Source: Oligoflexia bacterium (lineage in GTDB: Bacteria; Bdellovibrionota; Bdellovibrionia; JABDDW01). Taken from it: DNA of 14,798 nt. The DNA is taken from positions 1-14,798 of the forward strand of contig JAYTHU010000077.1 in assembly GCA_043732305.1 (NCBI GenBank). Direction: 5' to 3'. The number at the start of each line of letters is the position of its first letter. The first letter of the stretch is position 1. Under the pieces are notes generated by a model that did no database searches, had not been told where the DNA came from, and worked only from the letters and a program-made list of their open reading frames with translations. Position numbers and translations under genes: made by a program. Positions 1 to 8,970 of the stretch are shown one piece after another.

Positions 1-1
1 A

Positions 2-91
2 CCTATTGCGATGGAAAAAGAATTGCGTTTTGCAATTCGCGAAGGTGGCAAGACCGTGGGTGCGGGCGTTGTCGCTGAGATCACTGATTAA
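2..91 (+). CDS. tuf: Elongation factor Tu, C-terminal end (partial, begins before window)
   Basis: Hand translation from nt 2: PIAMEKELRFAIREGGKTVGAGVVAEITD*. RFAIREGGxTVGAGVV is the conserved EF-Tu C-terminus. Stop TAA at 89-91; lies directly upstream of rpsJ. Confidence 0.97.
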   Translation, partial: PIAMEKELRFAIREGGKTVGAGVVAEITD

Positions 92-144
92 GAATAAAAT
101 AAGTAATCGAGTTCGGGAAGAAAACTGGGAAGAGGATAGTAAAA

Positions 145-462
145 ATGCAGAATCAAAAAATTAGAATTAGATTAAGAGCCTTTGATTATAAACTTTTGGA
201 TGTTTCCACGAAAGAAATCGTGGATACCGCTAAAAGAACTGGAGCGAAGGTTGCGGGACCCATCCCTCTCCCTACGATGATTAACAGATACACGGTTTTG
301 AGATCGCCTCACGTCGATAAGAAGTCCCGTGAACAATTTGAAATCAGAACTCACAAAAGGCTCCTCGATATTTTGGAGCCTACACAGCAAACTGTGGATC
401 AATTGATGAAATTAGATCTTTCTGCTGGAGTAGATGTTGAAATTAAACTTTCTGTGATGTAA
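145..462 (+). CDS. rpsJ: 30S ribosomal protein S10 (uS10/NusE)
   Basis: [43 protein letters not shown] motifs; SD-like GAGGA upstream. Confidence 0.99.
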   Translation: MQNQKIRIRLRAFDYKLLDVSTKEIVDTAKRTGAKVAGPIPLPTMINRYTVLRSPHVDKKSREQFEIRTHKRLLDILEPTQQTVDQLMKLDLSAGVDVEIKLSVM

Positions 463-540
463 GGTCCAAACCTTCCGCACAAAAAGCTGAGCGACCCAGC
501 CTAAAATCTGGGCGTGAATTAGAAGAGAGTATGAAAATTT

Positions 541-1236
541 ATGACTGATGAAGCGATAACTCAAGAAACTGAAAGTACTGCGAAATCAACCCCAGCTGTG
601 AATAGCGAAGCAAAATTGCAAGCGCTGTTAACATTCAAAATCGGGATGACCCAGTACATTGACGACAAGGGCGAAATGATCCCTTGCACGGTTCTAAAAT
701 ATGAACCGATGACAATTTCCCAAATCAAAACTCAAGCGACCGATGGCTACACTGCTGTTCAGGTAGCTTGCAAACCCAAGAAAAAATCTCGTGCTCGTAA
801 CGGTGAGTCTCAGCATTTCGGAAAAACCGGGAATGCTACGGGTGTTTATCACTCTCGTGAATTCCGCTGTGACGTGACAGATATGACTGCTGGAAGCATC
901 GTTTCCATCAATAGTTTGGTAAAGGGCGATATCGTAAAAGCGACAGCCGTTTCCAAAGGTAAGGGTTTTCAAGGAGCTGTGAAACGTTGGAACGCCGGCG
1001 GCGGTCCCGGAGCTCACGGATCTACTTTCCATAGACAGCCTGGTTCGTCTGGTAACAGAACGTGGCCCGGTCGAGTCATGAAAGGAAAACATTTTCCTGG
1101 TCACTTGGGTGACGAATCCACTTCCGTAAGAAATTTAAAAGTCCTAGACGTAATTAATGATGACAGCTTGATCATCGTCAACGGCGCTGTGCCGGGCGGT
1201 AAGAATGCTTTAGTCACCCTGTTCAAAAAAAATTAA
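541..1236 (+). CDS. rplC: 50S ribosomal protein L3 (uL3) with N-terminal extension
   Basis: KIGMTQ, DGYTAVQV, SKGKGFQGAVKRW, HGSTFHRQPGS, PGRVMKGKHFPGHLG, GAVPG motifs; follows rpsJ. Exact start less certain. Confidence 0.98.
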   Translation: MTDEAITQETESTAKSTPAVNSEAKLQALLTFKIGMTQYIDDKGEMIPCTVLKYEPMTISQIKTQATDGYTAVQVACKPKKKSRARNGESQHFGKTGNATGVYHSREFRCDVTDMTAGSIVSINSLVKGDIVKATAVSKGKGFQGAVKRWNAGGGPGAHGSTFHRQPGSSGNRTWPGRVMKGKHFPGHLGDESTSVRNLKVLDVINDDSLIIVNGAVPGGKNALVTLFKKN

Positions 1237-1249
1237 GAGTTGGTGATTT

Positions 1250-1882
1250 ATGGTTAATGTCCCAGTAATTGGATTCGATAAAAAGAAAATATCAGAAGTA
1301 GAAGTTCCCACGGAGATCTTGACCCAAGAGCTTCGCCCGGAGATTTTACAGATTGTGGTTCGATGGCAGTTGGCTTGCAGAAGAGCGGGCACAGTGTCTA
1401 CCAAAACCAAAGGCGAAGTTCGAGGCGGTGGTAAAAAGCCCTTCAAACAAAAAGGAACGGGTAATGCCAGACAAGGTTCTACTCGATCTCCATTGATGCC
1501 TGGTGGAGGAACTGCATTCGGTCCCAAACCGCGTGATTACAGCTATACTTTGCAAAAGAAGTTGCGTAAATCCGGTTTGAGAATCGCTCTCAGTTATTTG
1601 TTTAAGAATGAAAGACTTTGGGTCATTGACAAGATCGATTCTGAAGGAAAAACAAATTCACTGCAAAAGAAGTTGAAAGACTTAGGCATTGAGAAAGCCA
1701 TCATTGTTGATGACGCTTCCAACCTGACTCTTAAACGTGCGGCTCGCAATTTGGATGATTTCAAATTTGTGGCAAGCCAAGGCATAAATGTTTTTGATTT
1801 GTTGAAATACGACGGTTGCATTCTTTCAAAAGCAGCTTTGGTTCAAATTTCTGAAAGATTAGGTGAGAACGATGTCCACTGA
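1250..1882 (+). CDS. rplD: 50S ribosomal protein L4 (uL4)
   Basis: TKTKGEVRGGGKKPFKQKGTGNARQGSTRSP...GGGTAFGPKPRDY signature. Confidence 0.99.
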   Translation: MVNVPVIGFDKKKISEVEVPTEILTQELRPEILQIVVRWQLACRRAGTVSTKTKGEVRGGGKKPFKQKGTGNARQGSTRSPLMPGGGTAFGPKPRDYSYTLQKKLRKSGLRIALSYLFKNERLWVIDKIDSEGKTNSLQKKLKDLGIEKAIIVDDASNLTLKRAARNLDDFKFVASQGINVFDLLKYDGCILSKAALVQISERLGENDVH

Positions 1883-2162
1883 GCATTTCGACATTATCAA
1901 AAGACCTTTGATCACTGAAAAAGGTAGCATGCTTTTAAAAGCCAACGTTTATAGCTTTGAAGTATCTAAAGATGCTACAAAAAATCAAATCGCTAAAGCG
2001 GTCGAGACGATTTTTAAAGTTAAGGTTGAAAAAGTTCGCACTGTAAACGCTCGCGGCCATCAAAAGAAGGTCGGACGTTACGTGAGTAAAATTCCGCATT
2101 ATAAAAAAGCTTTCGTCCAAGTTGCCGAAGGCCAAAAGATCAAGATTTTTGAGGGAGCATAA
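1872..2162 (+). CDS. rplW: 50S ribosomal protein L23 (uL23)
   Basis: [36 protein letters not shown]. Start moved from GTG 1863 to ATG 1872, which has SD-like AGGTGAG upstream; overlaps the rplD end. Confidence 0.97.
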   Translation: MSTEHFDIIKRPLITEKGSMLLKANVYSFEVSKDATKNQIAKAVETIFKVKVEKVRTVNARGHQKKVGRYVSKIPHYKKAFVQVAEGQKIKIFEGA

Positions 2163-2164
2163 AA

Positions 2165-2983
2165 ATGGGTATTAAAACATACAGACCCACATCAGCCAGC
2201 CGACGCTTTATAACAACGTCGGACTTCGCTGAAATTACAAAAGATTATCCGGAGAAGTCTCTCGTTTCTAAAATGCAAAGAACGGGAGCTCGAAATAACA
2301 CCGGTCAGATCACAATGCGTCACCAAGGTGGCGGTCATAAAAGAGCCTATCGCATAATAGATTTCGTACGCGGAAAGCGCGAAATCCCTGCAAAGGTTTT
2401 AGCCATTGAGTATGATCCTAATCGATCTGCTCGTATTGCTCTGATCTGTTACAAAGATGGTTTGAAAGCTTACATTCTTGCGCCTGTGGGAATTGAAGTC
2501 GGAACTGAAATTGTGGCGAGCCCAAAAGCTGATATTAAGCCTGGGAATGCTCTTCCTTTGGGATCAATTCCTATGGGAACAACCATTCACAACATCGAGA
2601 TGCGACCTGGCAAGGGTGGGCAAATCGCTAAGGGTGCTGGCGCTATGGCGCAACTTGTTTCGAAAGAAACAGATTACTGCCAAGTAAGACTCCCTAGTGG
2701 TGAGACACGCTTCATTTTATCCGCGTGCTATGCAACCATCGGACAGGTTGGAAATTTAGATCATGAAAACGTCACTATTGGTAAAGCTGGTCGACAAAGA
2801 TGGTTGGGTGTGAGACCCACGGTTCGCGCGACAGCAATGAATCCAGTCGATCACCCTATGGGTGGCGGTGAAGGCCGTGGAAAAGGAAATCATCCGATGA
2901 CTCCTTGGGCTCAGCCTTGTAAAGGTTTTAAGACAAGAAACAATAAGCGCACTAATGGCGATATTGTGAAGAGAAGAAAGTAG
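2165..2983 (+). CDS. rplB: 50S ribosomal protein L2 (uL2)
   Basis: [49 protein letters not shown]. Confidence 0.99.
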   Translation: MGIKTYRPTSASRRFITTSDFAEITKDYPEKSLVSKMQRTGARNNTGQITMRHQGGGHKRAYRIIDFVRGKREIPAKVLAIEYDPNRSARIALICYKDGLKAYILAPVGIEVGTEIVASPKADIKPGNALPLGSIPMGTTIHNIEMRPGKGGQIAKGAGAMAQLVSKETDYCQVRLPSGETRFILSACYATIGQVGNLDHENVTIGKAGRQRWLGVRPTVRATAMNPVDHPMGGGEGRGKGNHPMTPWAQPCKGFKTRNNKRTNGDIVKRRK

Positions 2984-2991
2984 GATAAGAC

Positions 2992-3291
2992 GTGGCACGT
3001 TCAATTAAAAAGGGTCCCTTTATCGACTCGCACTTACTAAAGAAAATTGTAAAAGCGAAAGACACTAATGATCGCAAGGTGATCAAGACCTGGTCAAGAC
3101 GCTCTACGGTTTTGCCAGAAGCAGTTGGTTTGACTTTTGCTGTACACAACGGAAAGAAATTTGTACCGGTTTATGTCACAGAAAATATGATTGGACACAA
3201 ATTGGGAGAATTCGCTCCTACCCGAATTTTCTATGGTCATACTTCTGCAGAGAAGAAAGCCAAAGAAACGACCAAAGAAGGAGCTAAATAA
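2992..3291 (+). CDS. rpsS: 30S ribosomal protein S19 (uS19)
   Basis: [50 protein letters not shown] start. Confidence 0.99.
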   Translation: MARSIKKGPFIDSHLLKKIVKAKDTNDRKVIKTWSRRSTVLPEAVGLTFAVHNGKKFVPVYVTENMIGHKLGEFAPTRIFYGHTSAEKKAKETTKEGAK

Positions 3292-3623
3292 TGGAAGTCA
3301 AAGCAAGCTTGAAATTTGCTCGCATGGCTCCCCGAAAGATCAGACTAGTTGCTGATGCTGTTCGTGGAAAAGACGTCAACGAAGCCGTCAAAATCCTAAG
3401 TTTTTTAAATAAAAAATCTGCGCCTATCGTAAAGAAACTTGTGGAATCTGCCATCGCCAACGCGGGACAGAAGCAAACGATCGACGTGGACAATTTATTC
3501 ATCAAGCATATTTCTGTAGATCAAGGGCCGACGTTAAAACGTTACATGCCTCGAGCTATGGGACGCGCAAGTGAAATCAAAAAGAAGACAAGTCACGTTA
3601 ATCTTGTTTTAGAAGAAAGATAA
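3291..3623 (+). CDS. rplV: 50S ribosomal protein L22 (uL22)
   Basis: [50 protein letters not shown] overlap with rpsS. Confidence 0.99.
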   Translation: MEVKASLKFARMAPRKIRLVADAVRGKDVNEAVKILSFLNKKSAPIVKKLVESAIANAGQKQTIDVDNLFIKHISVDQGPTLKRYMPRAMGRASEIKKKTSHVNLVLEER

Positions 3624-3631
3624 GGAGCACT

Positions 3632-4297
3632 GTGGGACAAAAGGTTAACCCAATTGGGTTTAGAGTCGGAGTAATTAGAACTTGGGATTCTCGATGGTTC
3701 GCAAAAAAAGACTATGCTGCTTTTTTGCATGAAGACATCAAGCTCCGAGGCTATTTGAAACGTAAGCTCAATCACGCAGGTGTGAGCAAAATTGAGATCG
3801 AACGCGCGGCCGGCAACGTGACTATCAGTATTTTTACTGCAAGACCCGGAGTCGTCATTGGTAAAAAAGGAACTGGAGCCGATACTCTCAAGGCCGAAGT
3901 TCAAAAATTAATCAAAAGCAAAGTTGAACTCAATATTAAAGAAATCCGAAAAGCTGAGACAGATGCTACTTTGATCGCAGAAAGCATTGCTATGCAGCTT
4001 GAGAAACGTATCTCTTTCAGAAGAGCTATGAAGAAATCTTTGCAAAGCGCAATTCGTCTCGGAGTTAAAGGGATGAAAGTTGCAGTGTCAGGCCGTCTTG
4101 ATGGCGCAGACATCGCTCGTCGCGAATGGTACACAGAGAAGAGTGTTCCTCTTCATACCCTTCGTGCAGATATCGATTATGGAACTGCTGAAGCTTTGAC
4201 AACTTACGGCCTCATTGGTGTCAAAGTTTGGGTCTACAAAGGTGATATCTTGAATCCTAAAGAAATTATGTTGGAGGCTCAACGTGTTAAGTCCTAA
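3632..4297 (+). CDS. rpsC: 30S ribosomal protein S3 (uS3)
   Basis: [23 protein letters not shown] (KH domain), [27 protein letters not shown] start after SD AAGGAG. Confidence 0.99.
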   Translation: MGQKVNPIGFRVGVIRTWDSRWFAKKDYAAFLHEDIKLRGYLKRKLNHAGVSKIEIERAAGNVTISIFTARPGVVIGKKGTGADTLKAEVQKLIKSKVELNIKEIRKAETDATLIAESIAMQLEKRISFRRAMKKSLQSAIRLGVKGMKVAVSGRLDGADIARREWYTEKSVPLHTLRADIDYGTAEALTTYGLIGVKVWVYKGDILNPKEIMLEAQRVKS

Positions 4298-4694
4298 AAA
4301 AGTAAAATATCGTAAGTCCCACAAAGGACGAATGAAGGGTAAAGCTACTCGTGGAAACGATCTAGCTTTCGGCGACTACGCTCTTCAAGCCACAACTTGT
4401 GGATTTATCACTTCACGCCAAATTGAAGCTGCTCGCGTTGCTGTCTCTCGCTTCATTAAACGCGGTGGAAAAATCTGGATCAGAATTTTTCCTGACAAAT
4501 CCCTTACCAAAAAACCTGCTGAAACTCGCATGGGTTCCGGTAAAGGTAACGTGGAAGAATGGGTAGCAGTAATTCGTCCCGGAAGAGTGCTTTATGAGAT
4601 GGAAGGCGTGAACAAAGAAACTGCCTCTGAAGCATTATTGCTTGCAGCTCATAAATTGCCAGTACGAACAAGAATTATCTCTCGAAATAATTAA
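4284..4694 (+). CDS. rplP: 50S ribosomal protein L16 (uL16)
   Basis: [41 protein letters not shown] start after SD GGAGG, overlapping rpsC by 14 nt. Confidence 0.99.
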   Translation: MLSPKKVKYRKSHKGRMKGKATRGNDLAFGDYALQATTCGFITSRQIEAARVAVSRFIKRGGKIWIRIFPDKSLTKKPAETRMGSGKGNVEEWVAVIRPGRVLYEMEGVNKETASEALLLAAHKLPVRTRIISRNN

Positions 4695-4734
4695 GAGTTT
4701 TGTCCCGTAGGAAGTAAAGAAAGAGAACTGAAAT

Positions 4735-4929
4735 ATGAAAACTAAAGTAGATAAAACATTGAGCGCGGAAGACATGGTTAAAAAGTCCGGAGAATTGAGA
4801 GAAGAACTCTTCAATCTACGTATTCAAAATCTGTCTGGATCTTTGGAAGACAATAGCAAGATCCGACAAACAAGGCGCTCAATTGCCCGTATGTTAACAC
4901 TCGCGAAACTTTCGAAAACTAAAAATTAA
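4735..4929 (+). CDS. rpmC: 50S ribosomal protein L29 (uL29)
   Basis: [12 protein letters not shown]...G.L....[14 protein letters not shown] pattern; 64 aa; between rplP and rpsQ. Confidence 0.95.
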   Translation: MKTKVDKTLSAEDMVKKSGELREELFNLRIQNLSGSLEDNSKIRQTRRSIARMLTLAKLSKTKN

Positions 4930-4946
4930 AGGTTGAAGTGGTAGTT

Positions 4947-5255
4947 ATGACTCAGACGAAAACAGAAATAAAAGCAACGAATTCAAAAAGTATCAGAAGA
5001 GAAAAAATCGGCATCGTCGTAAGTGACAAGATGGATAAAACTATCACCGTCGCAGTCGGCCGCCGAATCATGCATCCTAAATACAAAAAGTTTATCAACA
5101 GAACAAGCAACTTCAAAGCTCACGATGAAAAAGAGCAAGCGGCCACTGGTGATAGAGTTTTGATTTATGAAGTTTCTCCTCTGAGCAAAACTAAGCGTTG
5201 GAAGCTTGCCGAAATATTGGAAGTTTCTGATAAAGGAATCGAAGTAAAAATATGA
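4947..5255 (+). CDS. rpsQ: 30S ribosomal protein S17 (uS17)
   Basis: [39 protein letters not shown]. Start is ATG 4947 or GTG 4938 (uncertain). Confidence 0.97.
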   Translation: MTQTKTEIKATNSKSIRREKIGIVVSDKMDKTITVAVGRRIMHPKYKKFINRTSNFKAHDEKEQAATGDRVLIYEVSPLSKTKRWKLAEILEVSDKGIEVKI

Positions 5256-5620
5256 TTCAACAGCAAACAAGATTAAACGTCGCAGACAATTCAGGCGCAA
5301 AAGAAGTTTTTTGCGTGAAGGTTCTCGGCGGTAGCGGAAGACGTTACGCTGAAATTGGAGACACAATTGTTGTCTCTGTTAAACACGCGATTCCAAATGC
5401 AAAAGTAAAAAAAGGCGAAGTACATAAAGCCGTTATTGTTCGGATGACTCACAAAACTCGTCGTGCTGATGGAAGTTACATCAGATTCGATGACAATGCG
5501 GCGGTTCTGATCAATGCGAATGCTGAGCCAATTGGCACACGTATTTTTGGTCCCGTGGCCAGAGAGCTCCGTGCTAAATTATTTGTTAAAATTATTTCTC
5601 TAGCTCCAGAAGTTATTTGA
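5252..5620 (+). CDS. rplN: 50S ribosomal protein L14 (uL14)
   Basis: [54 protein letters not shown] overlap with rpsQ. Confidence 0.99.
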   Translation: MIQQQTRLNVADNSGAKEVFCVKVLGGSGRRYAEIGDTIVVSVKHAIPNAKVKKGEVHKAVIVRMTHKTRRADGSYIRFDDNAAVLINANAEPIGTRIFGPVARELRAKLFVKIISLAPEVI

Positions 5621-5626
5621 GGTTTT

Positions 5627-5977
5627 ATGAAGAACGAAGAAATGGGATTTCCCGCATATAAAAAGAATGATGTTGTCCAGGTTATCTCTGGAAAATACAA
5701 AGGCAAAAAAGGAAAAATCCTGAAAATGCTTAAGACCAAGGGTCTGGTCATTATTGAAAAGGTGAACATGGTTAAACGCCATACTAAGCCAACTCAGAAT
5801 GATCCCAAGGGCGGCATCATCGAAAAAGAAGCTCCGATGCAGGTCAGCAAAGTTTTGCCACTCTCGGCTAAGACCGGCAAACCAGTTAGAGTTTCGATTT
5901 GGTTGAAAGAATCTGCTGGAACCGCGCGTAAAGCAAAGCCGGCTAAAGAAGACAAGAAAATGAAAGGTGCCAAATGA
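5627..5977 (+). CDS. rplX: 50S ribosomal protein L24 (uL24), atypical C-terminus
   Basis: KOW motif [39 protein letters not shown]; between rplN and rplE. Confidence 0.96.
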   Translation: MKNEEMGFPAYKKNDVVQVISGKYKGKKGKILKMLKTKGLVIIEKVNMVKRHTKPTQNDPKGGIIEKEAPMQVSKVLPLSAKTGKPVRVSIWLKESAGTARKAKPAKEDKKMKGAK

Positions 5978-6510
5978 GCATAAAAGAAACTTATCAGACA
6001 AAGATCGTTCCGGCGCTCATGTCTGAATTTAAATACAAAAGCACCATGCAAGTGCCACGACTGGAAAAAATTGTTTTGAACGTTTCCATGTCCGAGGCTA
6101 CTCAAAATGCCAAGGTTTTAGAAATCGCTGCTCAGGAGTTGACTGCCATCACAGGTCAAAAACCTGTGATGAGACGAGCTAAGAAATCCATTTCTAATTT
6201 CAAACTTCGCGAAGGAATGCCAATTGGTGTTTCCGTGACTTTGAGAAAAGACAAAATGTATGATTTCCTTGAAAGATTTATCAACATCGGATTGCCTCGC
6301 GTGAGAGATTTTAAAGGTCTCTCTGCAAATAGCTTCGATGGCCGCGGTAATTATTCTTGCGGTATTAAAGAGCAAATTATTTTCCCTGAAGTTAACTATG
6401 ACAAAATCGACAATGTTCATGGAATGAGTATCACTGTTTGCACAACAGCGAACACAGACCAAGAGAGCAAAGCATTACTTACGGCATTCGGAATGCCGTT
6501 CAGAAAGTAA
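5974..6510 (+). CDS. rplE: 50S ribosomal protein L5 (uL5)
   Basis: [61 protein letters not shown]. Confidence 0.99.
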   Translation: MSIKETYQTKIVPALMSEFKYKSTMQVPRLEKIVLNVSMSEATQNAKVLEIAAQELTAITGQKPVMRRAKKSISNFKLREGMPIGVSVTLRKDKMYDFLERFINIGLPRVRDFKGLSANSFDGRGNYSCGIKEQIIFPEVNYDKIDNVHGMSITVCTTANTDQESKALLTAFGMPFRK

Positions 6511-6520
6511 CGGAGAAAAC

Positions 6521-6910
6521 ATGGATCCAATCGCCGATTTGTTGACCAGAATTAGAAATGCCAATGGCGCAAAACAAGACAAAGTCGATGTTCCCCATAG
6601 CAATGTTAAAGAAGGTATTTTGGCCGTGCTCAAAAAACAGGGCATGATCAAAAATTACCGCGTTGTTAAAGATAAGAAGCAGGGTATGGCCCGAATTTAT
6701 CTAAAGTACAGTACTGAAGGCATTCCTGTGATTCATAATTTGAAACGAGAAAGCCGTCCTGGTTTGAGAAAATACGTAGCAGCAGATCAAATTCCTCAGG
6801 TAAGAACTGGATTTGGTATTGCAATCTTGTCCACCAATCAAGGCATTATGGCCGGTGATGAAGCTCGCGAAAAACGAGTTGGTGGCGAATACATTTGTTC
6901 AGTGTGGTGA
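6521..6910 (+). CDS. rpsH: 30S ribosomal protein S8 (uS8)
   Basis: DPIADLLTRIRNA, SRPGLRKY, GIAILSTNQGIM, VGGEYICSVW; SD GGAG upstream. Confidence 0.99.
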   Translation: MDPIADLLTRIRNANGAKQDKVDVPHSNVKEGILAVLKKQGMIKNYRVVKDKKQGMARIYLKYSTEGIPVIHNLKRESRPGLRKYVAADQIPQVRTGFGIAILSTNQGIMAGDEAREKRVGGEYICSVW

Positions 6911-6917
6911 GGTAAAT

Positions 6918-7457
6918 ATGTCACGCGTAGGAAAAATGCCAATTCATTTTGGCAAAGAAGTACAAGTCAATATCCAGGGAGAAAAAGTGACCGTGAAGGG
7001 CGTCAAGACATCTTTGTCTTACTCGCTTGCGAGCACAATTGTTCCCAAGCTCGAAGCCGGTGTTTTGACTTTGTCTCGTAAGAACGAAGAAAAGAAAACT
7101 AAAGCTTTGCATGGTTTATATCGCGCATTGATCAACAATGCGGTTCACGGTGTGACCGTCGGTTTCACCAAAGTTTTGGAAATCAACGGAGTTGGTTACA
7201 AGGCGAACGTTACTGGTAGAATCTTGGAACTCAATCTTGGTTTTACACATGTGATCGCATATCCGATCCCAGTAGGAATCGATATCAAAATTGAAAAGAA
7301 CACTCGAATCATTGTCACCGGTGCCGATAGACACATGGTGGGTTTGGTGTCCGCAAAGATTCGTGGATTTAAGGAACCTGAGCCCTATCAAGGCAAAGGC
7401 GTGAAGTATGAAACCGAAGTGATTCGCCGTAAAGCCGGTAAGTCAGTCAGTAAGTAA
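6918..7457 (+). CDS. rplF: 50S ribosomal protein L6 (uL6)
   Basis: MSRVGKMPI, HGLYRALINNAVHGV, GVGYKA, PEPYQGKGVKY, RRKAGK. Start placed at ATG 6918 after SD GAGGT, not at track position 6813. Confidence 0.99.
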   Translation: MSRVGKMPIHFGKEVQVNIQGEKVTVKGVKTSLSYSLASTIVPKLEAGVLTLSRKNEEKKTKALHGLYRALINNAVHGVTVGFTKVLEINGVGYKANVTGRILELNLGFTHVIAYPIPVGIDIKIEKNTRIIVTGADRHMVGLVSAKIRGFKEPEPYQGKGVKYETEVIRRKAGKSVSK

Positions 7458-7466
7458 GAGGAAAAA

Positions 7467-7838
7467 ATGGCAATTAAGTACACCAAAAGAACAGATAAAA
7501 AAGCAGTCGGACGTTTCAAAAAGAAAATGCGTGTTCGAAAGAAAATTTTTGGAACTCCTGAGCGCCCTCGTCTTTCCGTCTTCAAAAGCACATCACATTT
7601 GTATGCGCAATTGATTGACGATGTGGCAGGTAAAACCCTCGTGGCTTGTTCCACGGTTGAAGCAAACCTCACTGGTTCAAAAAATAAAGAAGCAGCTAAA
7701 AAAATTGGCGCTGAAGTGGCTAAACGTGCTTTGGCTAAGAAAATTAACAATGCCGTGTTTGACCGTAATGGTTTTCGATACCACGGAAAAATTAAAGAAT
7801 TGGCAGATTCGGCTCGTGAAGCCGGTCTTAAATTCTAA
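7467..7838 (+). CDS. rplR: 50S ribosomal protein L18 (uL18)
   Basis: [43 protein letters not shown]. Confidence 0.99.
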   Translation: MAIKYTKRTDKKAVGRFKKKMRVRKKIFGTPERPRLSVFKSTSHLYAQLIDDVAGKTLVACSTVEANLTGSKNKEAAKKIGAEVAKRALAKKINNAVFDRNGFRYHGKIKELADSAREAGLKF

Positions 7839-7859
7839 GATCAATCAGGAGATCATTGA

Positions 7860-8333
7860 ATGAACGATACTGTAACCGAATTTGAAGAACGAGTCGTAGC
7901 GATCAATCGCGTTGCCAAAGTTGTTAAGGGTGGCAGACGCTTCTCTTTCTCAGCCCTCGTGGTTGTTGGAAATGGAAACGGCAAAGTAGGCGTGGGTCTT
8001 GGTAAATCAGGTGAAGTTCCTGAAGCCATCAGCAAAGCCAGCCGTCAAGCTAAGAAAAACATGCTTGATATTTACGTCGAAGGTGGAAGCATTCCTCACC
8101 AAGTTCTTGGCCATTTCGGAGCAAGTGAAGTCATGCTGAAACCAGCAAATGCAGGTACCGGAGTTATTGCCGGTGGTGCAGTGAGAGCAGTTTTGGAATC
8201 TGTTGGAGTTAAAAACATTCTTACTAAGTGCATTGGCACCAGCAATCCTCACAACGTGGTGCGAGCCACCTTGGCAGGACTTAAACAATTACGTAGCAAA
8301 GACGCAGTACAAAAAGCTCGAGAGCAAGCTTAA
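7860..8333 (+). CDS. rpsE: 30S ribosomal protein S5 (uS5)
   Basis: [47 protein letters not shown]. Confidence 0.99.
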   Translation: MNDTVTEFEERVVAINRVAKVVKGGRRFSFSALVVVGNGNGKVGVGLGKSGEVPEAISKASRQAKKNMLDIYVEGGSIPHQVLGHFGASEVMLKPANAGTGVIAGGAVRAVLESVGVKNILTKCIGTSNPHNVVRATLAGLKQLRSKDAVQKAREQA

Positions 8334-8345
8334 AAAGGGTTTATT

Positions 8346-8534
8346 ATGGCAAAGACATTTAAATTGAAATTAATCAAGAGCATGATCGGCTGCAACCCTC
8401 GTCAGAGAGCGACAGTCAAAGGATTGGGCTTAAGAAAAATGAATTCCGAAGTAGAAGTGAATGATACTCCTCAGTTCAGAGGAATGATCTTCAAGATAAA
8501 GCATTTAGTTACAGTTGAGGTTAAAAATGGCTAA
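8346..8534 (+). CDS. rpmD: 50S ribosomal protein L30 (uL30)
   Basis: [34 protein letters not shown]. Confidence 0.97.
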   Translation: MAKTFKLKLIKSMIGCNPRQRATVKGLGLRKMNSEVEVNDTPQFRGMIFKIKHLVTVEVKNG

Positions 8535-8967
8535 TTTATTGTCCCAGTTGGTTTCGCCCCGCGGCAACAACAAGAAAAGCAAACGCGTTGGTCGTGGAGT
8601 TGGTTCCGGTCACGGAAAGACATCGACTCGCGGTCACAAAGGTAAAAAGGCCCGAGCTGGGGGATTTGTTTCCCGCAGTTACGAGGGTGGGCAGATGCCT
8701 TTGCATCGTCGATTACCTAAATTCGGTTTCACAAATCACTTTCGTGTGGAATATTCTGTTGTGAATTTGAGTGATCTCGCTCGTTTCGATGACAGTGTGA
8801 CACCCGAACAATTAGTGAGTTGCGGACTTGCAAAACCCAACATGCCTGTTAAGATTTTGGGTCAAGGTACAATTGAAAAGAAATTGACCGTGAAAGCTCA
8901 TAAGTTCAGCAAAACAGCGCAAGAGAAAATCAAATCAGCAGGTGGAAACATCGAGGAGATGAGATAA
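8527..8967 (+). CDS. rplO: 50S ribosomal protein L15 (uL15)
   Basis: [51 protein letters not shown]. Start placed at ATG 8527 after SD GAGGT. Confidence 0.98.
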   Translation: MANLLSQLVSPRGNNKKSKRVGRGVGSGHGKTSTRGHKGKKARAGGFVSRSYEGGQMPLHRRLPKFGFTNHFRVEYSVVNLSDLARFDDSVTPEQLVSCGLAKPNMPVKILGQGTIEKKLTVKAHKFSKTAQEKIKSAGGNIEEMR

Positions 8968-8970
8968 AAA

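Noticed and set aside
4695..4734. 40-nt rplP-rpmC spacer as a possible regulatory element
   Set aside because: No stable stem or promoter-like motif visible.
5891..5935. Possible frameshift restoring a canonical uL24 C-terminus
   Set aside because: Alternative frames stop quickly and lack the GKKVR motif; the annotated frame ends in a normal ATGA overlap with rplE.
6813..6917. 35-aa N-terminal extension of uL6 implied by the ORF track
   Set aside because: Overlaps rpsH; the canonical MSRVGK start at 6918 has a good SD (GAGGT).
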